Of a stretch of 41,549 nucleotides of DNA, positions 26,700-37,777 are shown in pieces; the first letter of the stretch is position 1; every line of letters starts with the position of its first letter. Source of the DNA: Sphaeroforma arctica JP610. Its lineage: Eukaryota. The notes beneath the pieces were generated by a model. The model did not search any database, was not told the DNA's origin, and saw nothing but the letters and a program-made list of their open reading frames with translations. The stretch lies in the NCBI RefSeq assembly GCF_001186125.1, contig NW_014040448.1, positions 45,295-86,843 of the forward strand, written 5' to 3'. A program made the translations under genes and the position numbers.

Positions 26700-28470
26700 T
26701 ATCACCTGGCGGATGTACATTGAAGTATATAGATGGTTCAGACTGTTAGACTGAAACTCCAAAATTGTGATTTCCTCGTCGTCTACTCTCTGGTTGTGCT
26801 CTACGTCTTGTTTTTGGCTCTGTACCGGTTACATGGATATGTTCTGGTTGAAATCGGGAAATAAAGGCGCGAAGTTATTTTAGATCATCAATTCTCGAGC
26901 GTATTCGCCTAAATTAGTCCAGGTTGTTGCATTGACTATCAACTTTCCTGTGGGTTCTGCACGTACCTTCTAAATGCAGTCAGTATCTATATCTACAGTA
27001 AAACCTTCTTCTGTTTGGCCTTGTACCCTCTTGTAATTTGTTAATGGGACGGAAACAATGATACACCTATGCATTCAGGATGGAGAAATGCTTGATTTAT
27101 AGTAGTTTTCTCCTGTAGTATATTCACCCCACATTGCAATCGTATTAAGAATAGTCTTGTAGGCGACGATCAGATTCTACGTCAAATAAAATTGATGATA
27201 TGTTTTACGGCCCATCTGTTCCGGTCTGTACATTGAAACACCTTATGCGCCAATACCTGCAAGTCTGTATATACAGTGAAATAGGGCAAATAGGATAGGA
27301 TTGTGCAAAAGCATATACTTCCGTATAACAACTATGAACAATTCAGCAAGCTCGACATATCTTTAAATTATATCACACGTACTAGGATACTCTCTTTATA
27401 TAAACGTTAGATCCTTCGACGTAGTTTCCCGGAATCTTTTCAGTAGTTTTCTAAACTGTATTCCATCGATAACAGTACCTGTCTGTTTTGTTCGAGCATA
27501 GTCTATCATTCCCTCCACGAAAAGGAAGAGGCTATCAATTCTGTAGATAAATGACGTCTATCTGTATAATGTTGCCAAACCTGAAAATAAAGTGTAATCA
27601 TATGGTGTATAGATGTATTTGAGTAGAATATAATGTTTACATCTTATAGTAATAAACACCTCGGCTTAATTTTAGTGGCTCTAGCATATTTTATTTCCAT
27701 CGTCTCTTCTGAATAAATAGAGTATACTCGTGCGTGATGCCTGAGTACCAGAAAGGGCAGTCATAGTTTTGAGCGCTAAATCCTTCAATTCATGTGTAGC
27801 TAATAACATCTAATGTCCATTTCCCTTAACATTTTACCCCATTCCCGCTCGCACCATCTAGTATTGCAGCGCAAGTTAGACCTCTGCAAAGGTGTGTAGT
27901 TTTGCTACCAAGCATTACAGCTAAACCCAGTTTCTCCAAAGCTTTCTTGACGGTAGCTAAGTGGTTTGCAGCGCTCATCTTTTTTTTTCCATAGTCCCAC
28001 TCCGGCCACCTGGTACCATTGTCAGATCAAGCCAGTCCTCGTTGGTGAGTTGCAGAAGCGAGTCTCTCAAAACTAAGGATAGAGAGAGCACATCATGCGC
28101 AGATGTACACGTATTAATCTCGTAGAAGATTTGTAAACAGGCGACGGTCCTATAGGCTTAGAAATATAGAGTTAGACTCTAATACAAGACGACATAAACT
28201 AGCGACATATATTTTACAAAACAAAATGCAAAAAGTCTCAATTAACTCGAATAAGTTAGCTTATGATTCCGGTTTACTCTCTCTATGACTTTGTTGTCAA
28301 CGAAAGTATATAAAAACCCCTGTCTGGAGAGTTTACATCCTTCCTTTATATAAGGTCCCTCTTTACCGCAATCGGGAATTTATTTCGTGTTTATAACTAT
28401 TTAATAGTTGTCCGTAGACAATTTGATCCAGCGCTTAAGAGCTATGAGAATATCTGCCAATAGTAGATAG
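26700..28470 (-). mobile_element. Degenerate Crypton (CryptonF-like) tyrosine-recombinase DNA transposon with GCR1_C-like tail
   Basis: Manual minus-strand translation through stops and frameshifts gives, in the expected order: LADIL (from 28460), EGP (28353-28361), NEDWLDL, SKTTHLCRG (HxxR; TTHLCRG at 27880-27900), DGASGNGVKC*GKW (W at 27817-27819), KTMTALSG, QFRKLLKRFRETTSKDLTFI*REYP (27384-27458), MWGEYTTGE (from 27134). These match recalled fungal Crypton/NDC10-domain II and GCR1_C consensus motifs. Confidence 0.72.
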
Positions 28471-29091
28471 TTTATATTTTACCCAACTTAGTAACCACTT
28501 TAAGAAATATGCAGGTCGTTTAGGTTTTGTGTTTGATGCACGAGCGGATTGGTATGCATTTGCCAACTACTTTATGAATATGCACTTTATAAACTTGAAC
28601 AACTGCTTGCAATCAAGTGAGCCACAGCTTCAAGGAATGCTGCAGAACTAGGCTCTGACGATATTAACGACACCGATCACGGCCTGAATAACAATATAGC
28701 AGCCAACTAGTAAGTGTCAAAACTCTCACTTGAAATCTGAAGATCCCTAAAGGAAAATAGCTATCTAAAAGGCACAAAACAAAGATGTTTGTAATATGAA
28801 ATACATATATATCTAAATACATTTAATAAAGCTGATTCTAATTAAAATATGTATCGCAATATTCTAACTCAATTCCTTCATTATCTTGGTCAAGATCAAA
28901 ATAAAAGCACCTAAATTTGTTTCTGTCGCTGACTCTGTCATATCTTCGTAAGGGTCTGACCCGTTGTCTTATTATATATGCTTCCTTCATTTATTTTTCG
29001 CGTTTATATGGTACGGTAGATCATCCAGGTGTACTCATTCATCATGGAATTGAAGCATCACGTCATGGTGTCATCAAAATTTTACAGCACT

Positions 29092-29278
29092 GGAAAGTCG
29101 CTAAATGTACATGAAAAGTCCCTAAATGTACTTTAAAACTTTGTTTGAAATAAATTTGAGAAGGCAAATGAAAATCACATTCAGCGAATTTGATTTGGTA
29201 ATCAGAAAACGTACCCGTAAATTCGTATGTACCTTTAGTGGCTTTCCCATGAAGGCCATGTACATTTAGGGTATTTCC
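29092..29278. mobile_element. Mutator-like MITE, 187 bp
   Basis: Terminal inverted repeats GGAAAGTCGCTAAATGTACATG and revcomp GGAAATACCCTAAATGTACATG (19/22). A second CTAAA(T/G)GTAC sub-repeat lies inside each end. Flanking 9-mers TACAGCACT and TACACAAAT match at 6/9, a possible decayed TSD. Confidence 0.55.
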
Positions 29279-29500
29279 TACACAAATATCTTGATATGTT
29301 TTAACTATTCTATCGTAGAATGTGTTCTTGAAAGTGTTGTTTTGAGGCTTTTAAATTTTGTTACCTCGAGTAGATCGGCTCAAATTTCTTTCCGGGGTGT
29401 ATGTCAGTTTGTGGCTATACAGGTTCAGCTCTTCGGTTATTTGCGCGTCAGTCATACATTTTACTATGTACTATGGTTGTTGGTGTGCTATTTCATTGTT

Positions 29501-29556
29501 CTCGGCTTCAACCAATGTCTCGGCTTCAATCAGTGTTCCTCGGCTTCAACCAGTGT
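29501..29556. repeat. Short tandem repeat, 3 units of about 18-20 bp
   Basis: CTCGGCTTCAA(C/T)CA(A/G)TGT three times. Confidence 0.75.
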
Positions 29557-30951
29557 TAACCTGGAATATAAAAGAAATTCTTGTCGGCTTCACGATCGTA
29601 GCAAGTGTCGAGAATTTATTCTGTTGAATAGCTAACTAGGTCGTATCCTTCGAGAAAGTTGTAAGCGCTCTTAATTGATGCGTCGAAACTGGTTAAAAGC
29701 TGAGCCCTTCAAGATCCTGATATGTTTGAGAAGCTGCTAGATGGCAGTCTCAGTTGGAGATATTGCATCTTTGGCTTGACGAGAGGGGCGAGCTGAAGTA
29801 ACCTTAACTTCAATTCAGTACGATAGTCGGGCTTAGTCGTCGCCTATATTTCATATGTTTGCAGGCACGTATGGGGTTTGGGCGTGAATCTGGTACCGTG
29901 ACCAACCAGATATTGCTTGATCATCAATGGAGATATCACTTAAAAAAGATATATCCACAATAAAATCATCGTTGGCAAAAATTTATGGTGTTCGGCCTGT
30001 TCCTTGAGTTGAGTGTGTTTGTTTGCCCACACACACATGTGCCCATCATCGTTCCGTTCAAATCCACAAAAATAGTGACGATTGATTGATTTCCATCACT
30101 TGTGTGATATGTGACCATATTATTGTATTAATATAGTAGCACCTATGGAGAATCGGTGAGAAAACCTTGGTTGGGGGAATCAATGACCTCGTACGAACAA
30201 CTCTCTAAAAACCTTATGGTAGGTAAGACCTACCTTCCTGATAATCAGCAAGAAAATTGCTTGCCAGCATTGTCCGGGCAAGTACAAGATACATGAAGAA
30301 GTTCTGAGTTTCGTTGCAATATAATGTCGGAAATTTCAGCTGAGATTGGATCGTGAAATCCAACATGTGAGCCAAAATTTGTTCTTGGTCAGCGATTGAG
30401 TTGGTATTTAGTTTGGAGTATCACTTGTCAACGTTTGCCCCGTCTGGAGTGTGAGAGGGCCTTTGTATGAGTCACCCCTGTTTGTATATAACTTGTGGAA
30501 GGACCATGGTTCAGGCTCTAAACAAAACTGGAAAACTTGGTTAGCCTTGATACGTGGAATGTCATCTTTCTATAAAAACGAGTTCTCCATTGACTTCTTC
30601 ACGATAAGTATTTTTGTACAGAATATGGTAGAGACTTAATATGATGAAACGTATATATATCACGTTGCAATTGTTTTTCTTCATATTCAGTATATAAAAT
30701 TTATCGGTCTATGTGTACGTTTATTCTGAACATATAAAATAGAATGCTTTCAATAAGAATGCATTTTTATGGTATATACTGCGGTACGACAGATACTGAA
30801 TATAATAAAGCGTATATATAATACGTTTTTCTTCATTGATATTCAGTACATTAATTAAACGATTCGAAAGTACGTCAAATTTCATTCATAAACGTATACA
30901 TTAGTTTTTTCATCGTATTTATAGTACTCTCAGCATGTGAGTGTATTTCAA

Positions 30952-31874
30952 AACTCACAGTTAAACTGAGGATAAGTTTTTCGTGAAAAAAAATGCTGAC
31001 GGGAACTGATTGACAGAAAATCCCCAATGAACAGTCACAGTATAACGTTTTACAGGCACGAACAGCGTGGGACTGACTACTTGAGCAGGCAGTCCACTCA
31101 GTTTTCTGCCACCAGTTCCACTCAGTTTCCTGCCACCAGTTCCACTCATTTTTCTGCCACCAGTTCCACTCAGTTTTCTGCCACCAGTTCCACTCAGTTT
31201 TCTGCCACCAGTTCCACTCAGTTTTCTGCCACCAGTTCCACTCAGCTTTCTGCCACCAGTTCCACTCTAGTTTTCTACCACCAGTTCCACTCAGTTTTCT
31301 GCCACCAGTTCCACTCAGATTGTCCACAGCCAGATACCTGTAAACAAACGTGCTCCCAACGACACCCCATTTCACGCGACAGAACCTCCTACATCCCGCC
31401 CTAGTCGCGCTACTGAGATAAGTTTCAGCGCTGCCACTACTGATACCTCAGGGGACACATACGCTCTATCCATGCGGACGAAGCTCTCGAGCCAACTCCC
31501 AGTTAAACTGAGGATAAGCTTTTCGTATAAAAAATTGTTGACGGGAACTGATTGACAGAAAATCCACAACGAATAGTCACAGTAAAATATTTTACAGGCA
31601 CGTACAGCGGGGGACTGACTACTTAAGCAGGCAGTCCACTCAGTTTTCTGCCACCAGTTCCACTCAGATTGTCTCGAATAGCCACCCAAGTACCCTCAAG
31701 ACCCACAGCCAGATACACGTAAACAAACGTGCACCCAACGACACCCCAGCTGACGCGACAGAACCTCCTACATCCCCCCCTCGTCGCGCTACTAATATAT
31801 GTTTCAGCGCTGCCACTGCTGAGACCTCAGAGGACACATACGCCTCTTACCCATGCGAACGAAGCTCTCGAGCC
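30952..31874. repeat. Head-to-tail duplicated monomer (30952-31493 and 31494-31874)
   Basis: Both copies start AACTC(A/C)CAGTTAAACTGAGGATAAG and end GAAGCTCTCGAGCC. The length difference comes mainly from the internal minisatellite copy number. Confidence 0.9.
31099..31315. repeat. 24-bp minisatellite, 9 units (CAGTTTTCTGCCACCAGTTCCACT)
   Basis: Nine tandem units, one with a 1-bp insertion. A single unit is present at 31641-31664 in the second monomer. Confidence 0.95.
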
Positions 31875-32690
31875 TATCAGCGAAACTGTAAGCGACACCA
31901 TTACCGGACAAACCCAACACCAGCCCATCTACATCCCCCATCGCAACTATCGACCAGACAATGATATGCCCGCCTTAGTAACCCTTCTCAAAGAGGAGAT
32001 CACTAACAGCCACAAACGGTGCATAGAACTCACCAATCGTTGTGACCTTCAAGCATGGAGATACAGGCTTTAGACGCTAACCAGGTCTTTGCCACGACAC
32101 CGAAGACGGAAGAAAAAGAACTATACGAGTACCACCCGCACAGCCGTGACAAGTCAAGGAGAAAGAAATCAGGTACTCTGATCCCTTTGTATGAAATCAA
32201 GCAGGTCCTCCGAGTTAGCAAAGGAGGACCTGCACACCTACAACGTACCCATTAAAAACCCCCCTCATTTAAGACAATCATGGATGTCTTGAGCAAACGG
32301 ACATCTCTTGAAGTGTCGCCCTTATCTAGCCACATTTTAGACCATCACAGATACACAATCTTTGGTCGGGACCATCGCCTCACTCTTGGTTACTACGAAT
32401 ACCATATACACTTCAGCGAAGTCTATGACGTAAAACTCGAAATGAGCGCTGGCATAAGCACATTCAATCGCAATAACGTATGCTGCATGTAATGCAAAAG
32501 CGAGCATGCCTACTGCACTGGACTCACACCCAAAACCGCACACGTAAATTGCAAGGAACGCAACAGTGAGCACCTACCAAGTGCAAGCAACAAAAAATAA
32601 AATGCAACCTAAACAGTGGGATATGCAACCGTCTCGTGTCGCTACAGGCATGGAGATAAATGTAGCTTAAGGCACCCCGCACATAGCAAA
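31875..32690 (+). pseudogene. Decayed retroelement ORF1/gag-like frame (coiled-coil-like segment and CCCH-like finger)
   Basis: ORFs 31729-32073 and 32055-32255 join by a 1-nt frameshift (CDLQA/MEIQALD). LVTLLKEEITNSHKRCIELTNRCDL is heptad-like. CRYRHGDKCSLRHP near 32640-32680 resembles a CCCH finger. Confidence 0.35.
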
Positions 32691-32699
32691 CTACCACCT

Positions 32700-33140
32700 T
32701 CTATCGGCTTCCTCGGGTCGAATGTTTTCGAAGCTTGTGGAGTTTTGGTCAACTACGAACACATAGACTGGCCTCTAGACTTCGGATTTGCAGACACAGG
32801 TCACACAGCATGGCGCTTCGTTGACGATTACATTGCTCTGCATCTTCTGGGTATAGTTGAAGAATAGGTCGGAGCAATGCTCCCGCAGAAAAAAACGATA
32901 CTCAACAAGGCCTGCGTGAAATGGAATGTAATTCTGTGAAATAAACCCTAAATTCCTCAGGGCAAACGTGCAAATCACTTAAACACACTCGTACTGTAGA
33001 CGTAAAAAACATCAGCGATGTGTCACGAAATTACATACACCGGCGGAAAACTTATCTGGCTCTCAGTCATCTTACTTGATCTTGCCCCCACAATCGCGTA
33101 AACTTTGTTTCCGGTCAGGTTTAGGGATCGAGACTAGCAT
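32700..33140 (+). mobile_element. Second PLE-like RT fragment, motifs 4-5 and thumb
   Basis: GFLGSN...LVNYE followed by AWRFVDDYI (WRFVDD at 32811-32828, the R-[YF]-x-DD form typical of PLE RT), and a later decayed SCPH..NFVSGQV. Confidence 0.55.
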
Positions 33141-33760
33141 ATTTTATTTAATGATTTTTACGACTCAGGTGTTTAATCAAAATATTTATCTCAAGAGTTA
33201 TTTGAAACATTTAAATTAGCTTATAGAAGTTGGTGATTTTTATTGAATACGCCCAGTTGGAAATATTTTGTTTGTGAGCGAGACGTTAGGTCCGACTACT
33301 GAGACATGGATTTCATAATCTTGTTTAATGCACAAGCAATAAACTCGTGGGTATGGTCTTAACTCATCATGGGGGTTTCAAGAATAAACTGTGAACATGA
33401 GCAGATAGAAGAAGAATCCGATAGTGGTTTCGAAAGCAGTATTGCGAGCACAACTATGCTGGTGTTGTTACCGGACAGTAGGCGCGACATGGCGATCCAG
33501 CGCATCAACGACCGAAGTACTTCGATGAAATTGATCACCGGCCACACAACGGACCGCATAATCGACGGATCAATGAGAAATTACGACATAGACTTAGACG
33601 GATCGTCTCTAGTCCGAGCTACTAATTCGTGATTCAGGTACGTTATTCGTCACGATGATACGTATACAAGAATAGTTGAATGTTTAGGCAATGAGCGAAA
33701 ATACGACCTGTCAGGGGGTACAAATTGTACGACCCGACATATATACGCGATTGGTAACAA

Positions 33761-33891
33761 GACATGGCAGATATATGAACACGTACGCCATTATAGAACA
33801 GCTCAGTTATGGTTGAGTGTGAATTTTAAGGTTCAGATCAAAGATAGGACATGGCAAAAAATATAAACACATACGCCGTTATAGAACAGCT
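33761..33891. repeat. ~43-bp diverged direct repeat (33761-33803 and 33848-33891)
   Basis: GACATGGCA...AACAC.TACGCC.TTATAGAACAGCT occurs twice. Confidence 0.75.
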
Positions 33892-34299
33892 ATGAGAGCG
33901 TCAATGAAATGATAAATGATGGGTCGTAAGTATGAAAGAACAAATGTGTAACATATATGATTTGGTGTATAACAAGTAGATAGTCACCGATACAGAGATG
34001 CTTATTAACGTATGAGTTTACTTCGAGCGCCGAGCTTACGACACCCATAGAGGTATATTATAAAACTATATATACAGTGGATGTAATCATTGTAAGAAGT
34101 CTTAACCTACACTTGATGTTGTGACTGATGGATAAAAGCTGGCCATAAATTGGTGTGTTTGTATTTACAGTATGGGGTGATGTGGTTACAGTGTTGGGCG
34201 TAAGGGCATTTGCAACGAGTCTAGTAAAATATTTCAAGGTATACATCACGGTAGGAAAAGTCCTTTCTACGTACATGCACATGGCAGTAGACACCATGG

Positions 34300-35975
34300 T
34301 ATGTTAGCAGACATGCAATGTTGTGTTGTGGATACCGCAAAGCACATAATCACGAGTCGTTTGATGAGAAAGGTGTCAAGAAGGAAGTATAGAGAAGTAG
34401 ATTCGGAGAGAGATGATGGTACACGGTGAACAAGTATACATACACACAAGTTGTGGTAATTATTCAGCCCAGATGGACAAGAAGCACAAGTTTGAACTAT
34501 GGCACGCTTAGCCAACCGACGTGCGCATGACCAGGATTGTGTCCGAACAGTTGGGTCTACCAGGCATCCAATCCACAACCAGTTCATAAGCAATAGCAAT
34601 ATGGTACCAGCGTCCACCTATGTCCACACATTCAACTAACATCCAAGAGCATATGCTGCCAAACACAGGCACCACCTAGGATCCACCATATATATCGTTG
34701 CCATAACTATCGGGCAACAGGCGCGCCTCCCCAACCACTTCCACCACAGGATAGCTAAGCAGGCGATGGGCGTGCAACAGTAACAAGGAACTTTGTCTCG
34801 GATAGATGGCTCCCATACATGGACAATCTAGTATAGAAACAGTTACAAGATTCCATCATAGCGAAGAGAACTACCTCTACTACAGTAAACATTTCATTGC
34901 TAGCAGTGCCGACGTTCGACAGCGAATGTACGTTTAAGACGGTACGTGTATGTCTGGATGAAAGGTCAGTACATCGATTCCCGGCGATCAACTCCTTATA
35001 CCTAAGGTGAATGAGATCATACCACGACTAAAGAGCAGAAAGTACTACACTGCATTTGGTATCGGCAGCATATCATAAGCTTTCGATACATCCAAATTCA
35101 CAGTACCTTTTCAGCTTTACACACGACCGGCACAAATACTCCACTTCCGAAGCGTTCTGCCTCCATGCGTTGACGCAATAGTTTCAACGCACGTTGAACA
35201 CGATACTCGATAGTCTCCCGGCACACCGCGATGTTGACAACATAGTGATTGCAAGTGAGGACCACGACGAACATATATCTACAGTTCAATATGTGATCAA
35301 CAGACGTCTGCCCTATCACAATTTAAGCTCAACCCAGCGAAGTGTCACTTTGCCATCGCTGATCTTATGATCTTGGGTAAGAAGGTATCAGCACGAGATA
35401 TTGACATCGACTTCGAGAAACAAGCCAATTTACTCGACTGACGATAAACACAGCGGTATAATAAAATTTCTTCAGCACTCGGCCTAGCCAATCTCCTTCA
35501 AGGACCCTTAGCAAACTTTGTGCATATAGTGCTCCCCCTCCGCGACGTTTGCAAACTCAAACTTCATACGTTAATCGGTGACCGGGAGGGAACAGCGGCA
35601 TTTCACGCTCTGTGTGGTATTTTTCCAGACGTAACAGCCTACAAGTTAAGTCTCAGCTAGCAATGTCTCTACTAGCTGATGTCGTTTCTATACACACTTC
35701 AACGTACCGTTCGTACTTGACTACGCGTAGATTTTGTGAGAGAGAGTATATTACTGTCGTTATTAGCTAGTACAGAAGTCAAGCCAAGCTCTGTTGCAAT
35801 ACCTGGCCAACGTATTGAATCCTCGATCAGGGCAAACGTCTCTATTATGGAATAAAAGTGGATTATCTGTGTCGCTCAACTCCTCGCATATTCTACCAGT
35901 ATCGAATTAGTATGCGTGAAGTGGCGCGGATACCCCTAATCAGAGCCAATAGATGAAACACTGGAACATCCAATG
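34300..35975 (+). mobile_element. Degenerate Ty3/Gypsy (chromovirus-like) LTR retrotransposon pol remnant
   Basis: Plus-strand RT motifs across frameshifts: NISLLAVP, VRVCLD (34942-34959), DQLLIPKVNEI, DVDNIVIASEDHDEH (decayed YVDD, 35230), KLNPAKCHF (35325), LGKKVS, LGLAN (35478), AAFHAL. A chromodomain-like VKWRGYP*SE follows at 35916-35945. RNase H and integrase core appear deleted; LTRs not identified. Confidence 0.8.
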
Positions 35976-36199
35976 ATGGGATATGGTGTTTGGTGCTTAT
36001 TTAAACGATCCCCTTGTGTAAACGTCATACTATTATTAGCCACCTTGAAAATATAATAACAGCTTTCAAATATTACTGATGAACATTACTGAAGTCTGTT
36101 TTCCACTTGCATTTGATATCGATGTTTTTTCTAGACATTATTCGCTGTATTATCTTCGACATTATGTACAGATTCGATATTAGATACTTGATCCAAGTT

Positions 36200-37140
36200 T
36201 AAGCAACCGTCAAAATAGCAAACACTGCACATATTCCAAAACATCATGTTTAAAGACTCTGTGAGACTTGTTCTTTCGTGCAAAAGGAGTATTTACTATG
36301 CTGTAAATGTTTTCCATTGAAACGCACAAGTTCAAATCAGCGTCGACTCTTAACATCCGCGCAAGCAATAATTTCTCTAAAGGAGACTTGAACACGGACA
36401 AGTCGGTTTTATGCATCATAGGGCACTTTGTTTGTGATAGTAATAGTCAAGGTACGTACAGGCATGCTTGTGACGGAAGAAGTGCGTTATTCCTTCATCA
36501 AAATTGGTTGAAATGTGTCTGGTGGTCGAAACGCGGAGCTAATGTCTGATCACCCACGCCCATGAGAGTGCACTGTATGTTTTTACGGAAAAAAAGTTTA
36601 CAACTAAAGGTAGAGGTTGTCTTCATTAAGTTCAGCGTATCAGTTGCCCGTCATTGGAAGGTAGATGCTCAACCCGGTCATCGCCCCACATTCTCAGAAT
36701 TTACTCACACATCTCAAGATAGTCGATATTGCTGGTTGACCTCCGCACCGAAATGACTAAATTGAAATGGTTAAGAGATCTGACCACATGTAATAAACCA
36801 TTATACAATGCTAACAAACCTGAAAGTAAACTATGGGTTGATTGCCTATCGACGGGATAAATTTACGTTAGCCTCAAATTAAGAGCGCCGAGGTGAAAAG
36901 TATGAATACTAGCTTCGTGCTTTAGGAATATTGTACCAAGATTATTCTGCAGATTTTCAAGTACTTATAGAAACCTTGTATGTTTCGCTTTCCTGATGTA
37001 GTCACAAACAGTGCAGACAAAAGACATTTGAACCGCAGAGGGCATGTAACTATTTCAACATACTCGGCGGTCAATGTTGGGTTTGCAGCTGATCTTCGAT
37101 GATCACGACCGAAGCGCACGCAAAATACCTCCCAAAAAAA
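36200..37140 (-). mobile_element. Possible pogo/Tc5-like DDE transposase remnant
   Basis: FWEVFCVRF (HTH-like W...F..R), FDHQTH (36513-36530) and in-frame HKTDLSVFKSPL (DLSVFK at 36387-36404), which resembles QPLDxxVFxPLK. Heavily decayed and the spacing is imperfect. Confidence 0.3.
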
Positions 37141-37231
37141 AGATAAATTGGGGTTCTCTCTCGGCGCTTTGACTACGAGCGGATCAGCGGTCCAGACACA
37201 AAACTCAATGAAGTTGGGTCCGTTTCCTCAA

Positions 37232-37380
37232 GGTAGAAAATACCCACAACTTCAACGGCTCGAGTATAGCACTTACGTCGTTACATAATCTTCTGCGTCT
37301 ACCATTGGTAGAAAATCCACACAAATCCAACGGCTGGAGTATATCGTTTACTTCTTTACGCAATCTTCTGCGTCCACCAT
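37232..37380. repeat. Diverged tandem duplication, period 75 bp
   Basis: GGTAGAAAAT...CAACGGCT.GAGTATA...AATCTTCTGCGTC.ACCAT at 37232 and 37307. Confidence 0.85.
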
Positions 37381-37777
37381 GTCATTTTTTCATCATGTAT
37401 CGACTCGTCGTTGTTTAAAGATACGACAGAAATGTCAAAGCATGAAAGCCGATCTTTTCATGACTTCTATAAATCCATCACTCTAATTTGAATTAAAAAC
37501 TGGACACAAGGAGTATGGGAGGCTGCGACAGACGAACGATTCCAGAGTTAAAAAAGACAATACAAGCTGTGGGACGCAGTCTGGAAGCAATGTCCTACAT
37601 GGGGGTAATCCTGTTTTGGCTACTTTTAGTCGGTTTCACTTATATCGTAGTGACGATAAATGTGTATGAAATTGGGATTTGCAATACGTTTGTAGGTTAG
37701 TAGTCAAAGCTTGAATGTTTGATTGTTATATGATACGGAATAGAAAGGAGAATGATCAATTTATACGAATTTATTGC

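Noticed and set aside
30967..30992. Hammerhead ribozyme core (CTGAGGA...GAAA) in the tandem monomer
   Set aside because: No pairable stem II, and GAAA is absent from the second monomer.
31099..31315. CRISPR-like array or Trp-rich repeat protein (TEWNWWQK)n
   Set aside because: Units are contiguous with no unique spacers, there are no cas genes, the context is eukaryotic, and a 1-bp insertion breaks the frame. It is a minisatellite.
33359..33632. Overlapping ORFs on both strands
   Set aside because: No recognisable motif or splice context; cannot be assigned.
33708..33739. TGTCA...GACA imperfect palindrome as a Gypsy LTR start
   Set aside because: No second LTR copy, primer-binding site or polypurine tract could be matched.
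15400..37700. Non-standard genetic code (TAA/TAG read as Gln) explaining in-frame stops
   Set aside because: The host genes have no in-frame stops and end in TAA and TGA. The TE remnants also carry frameshifts, so these are decay mutations.
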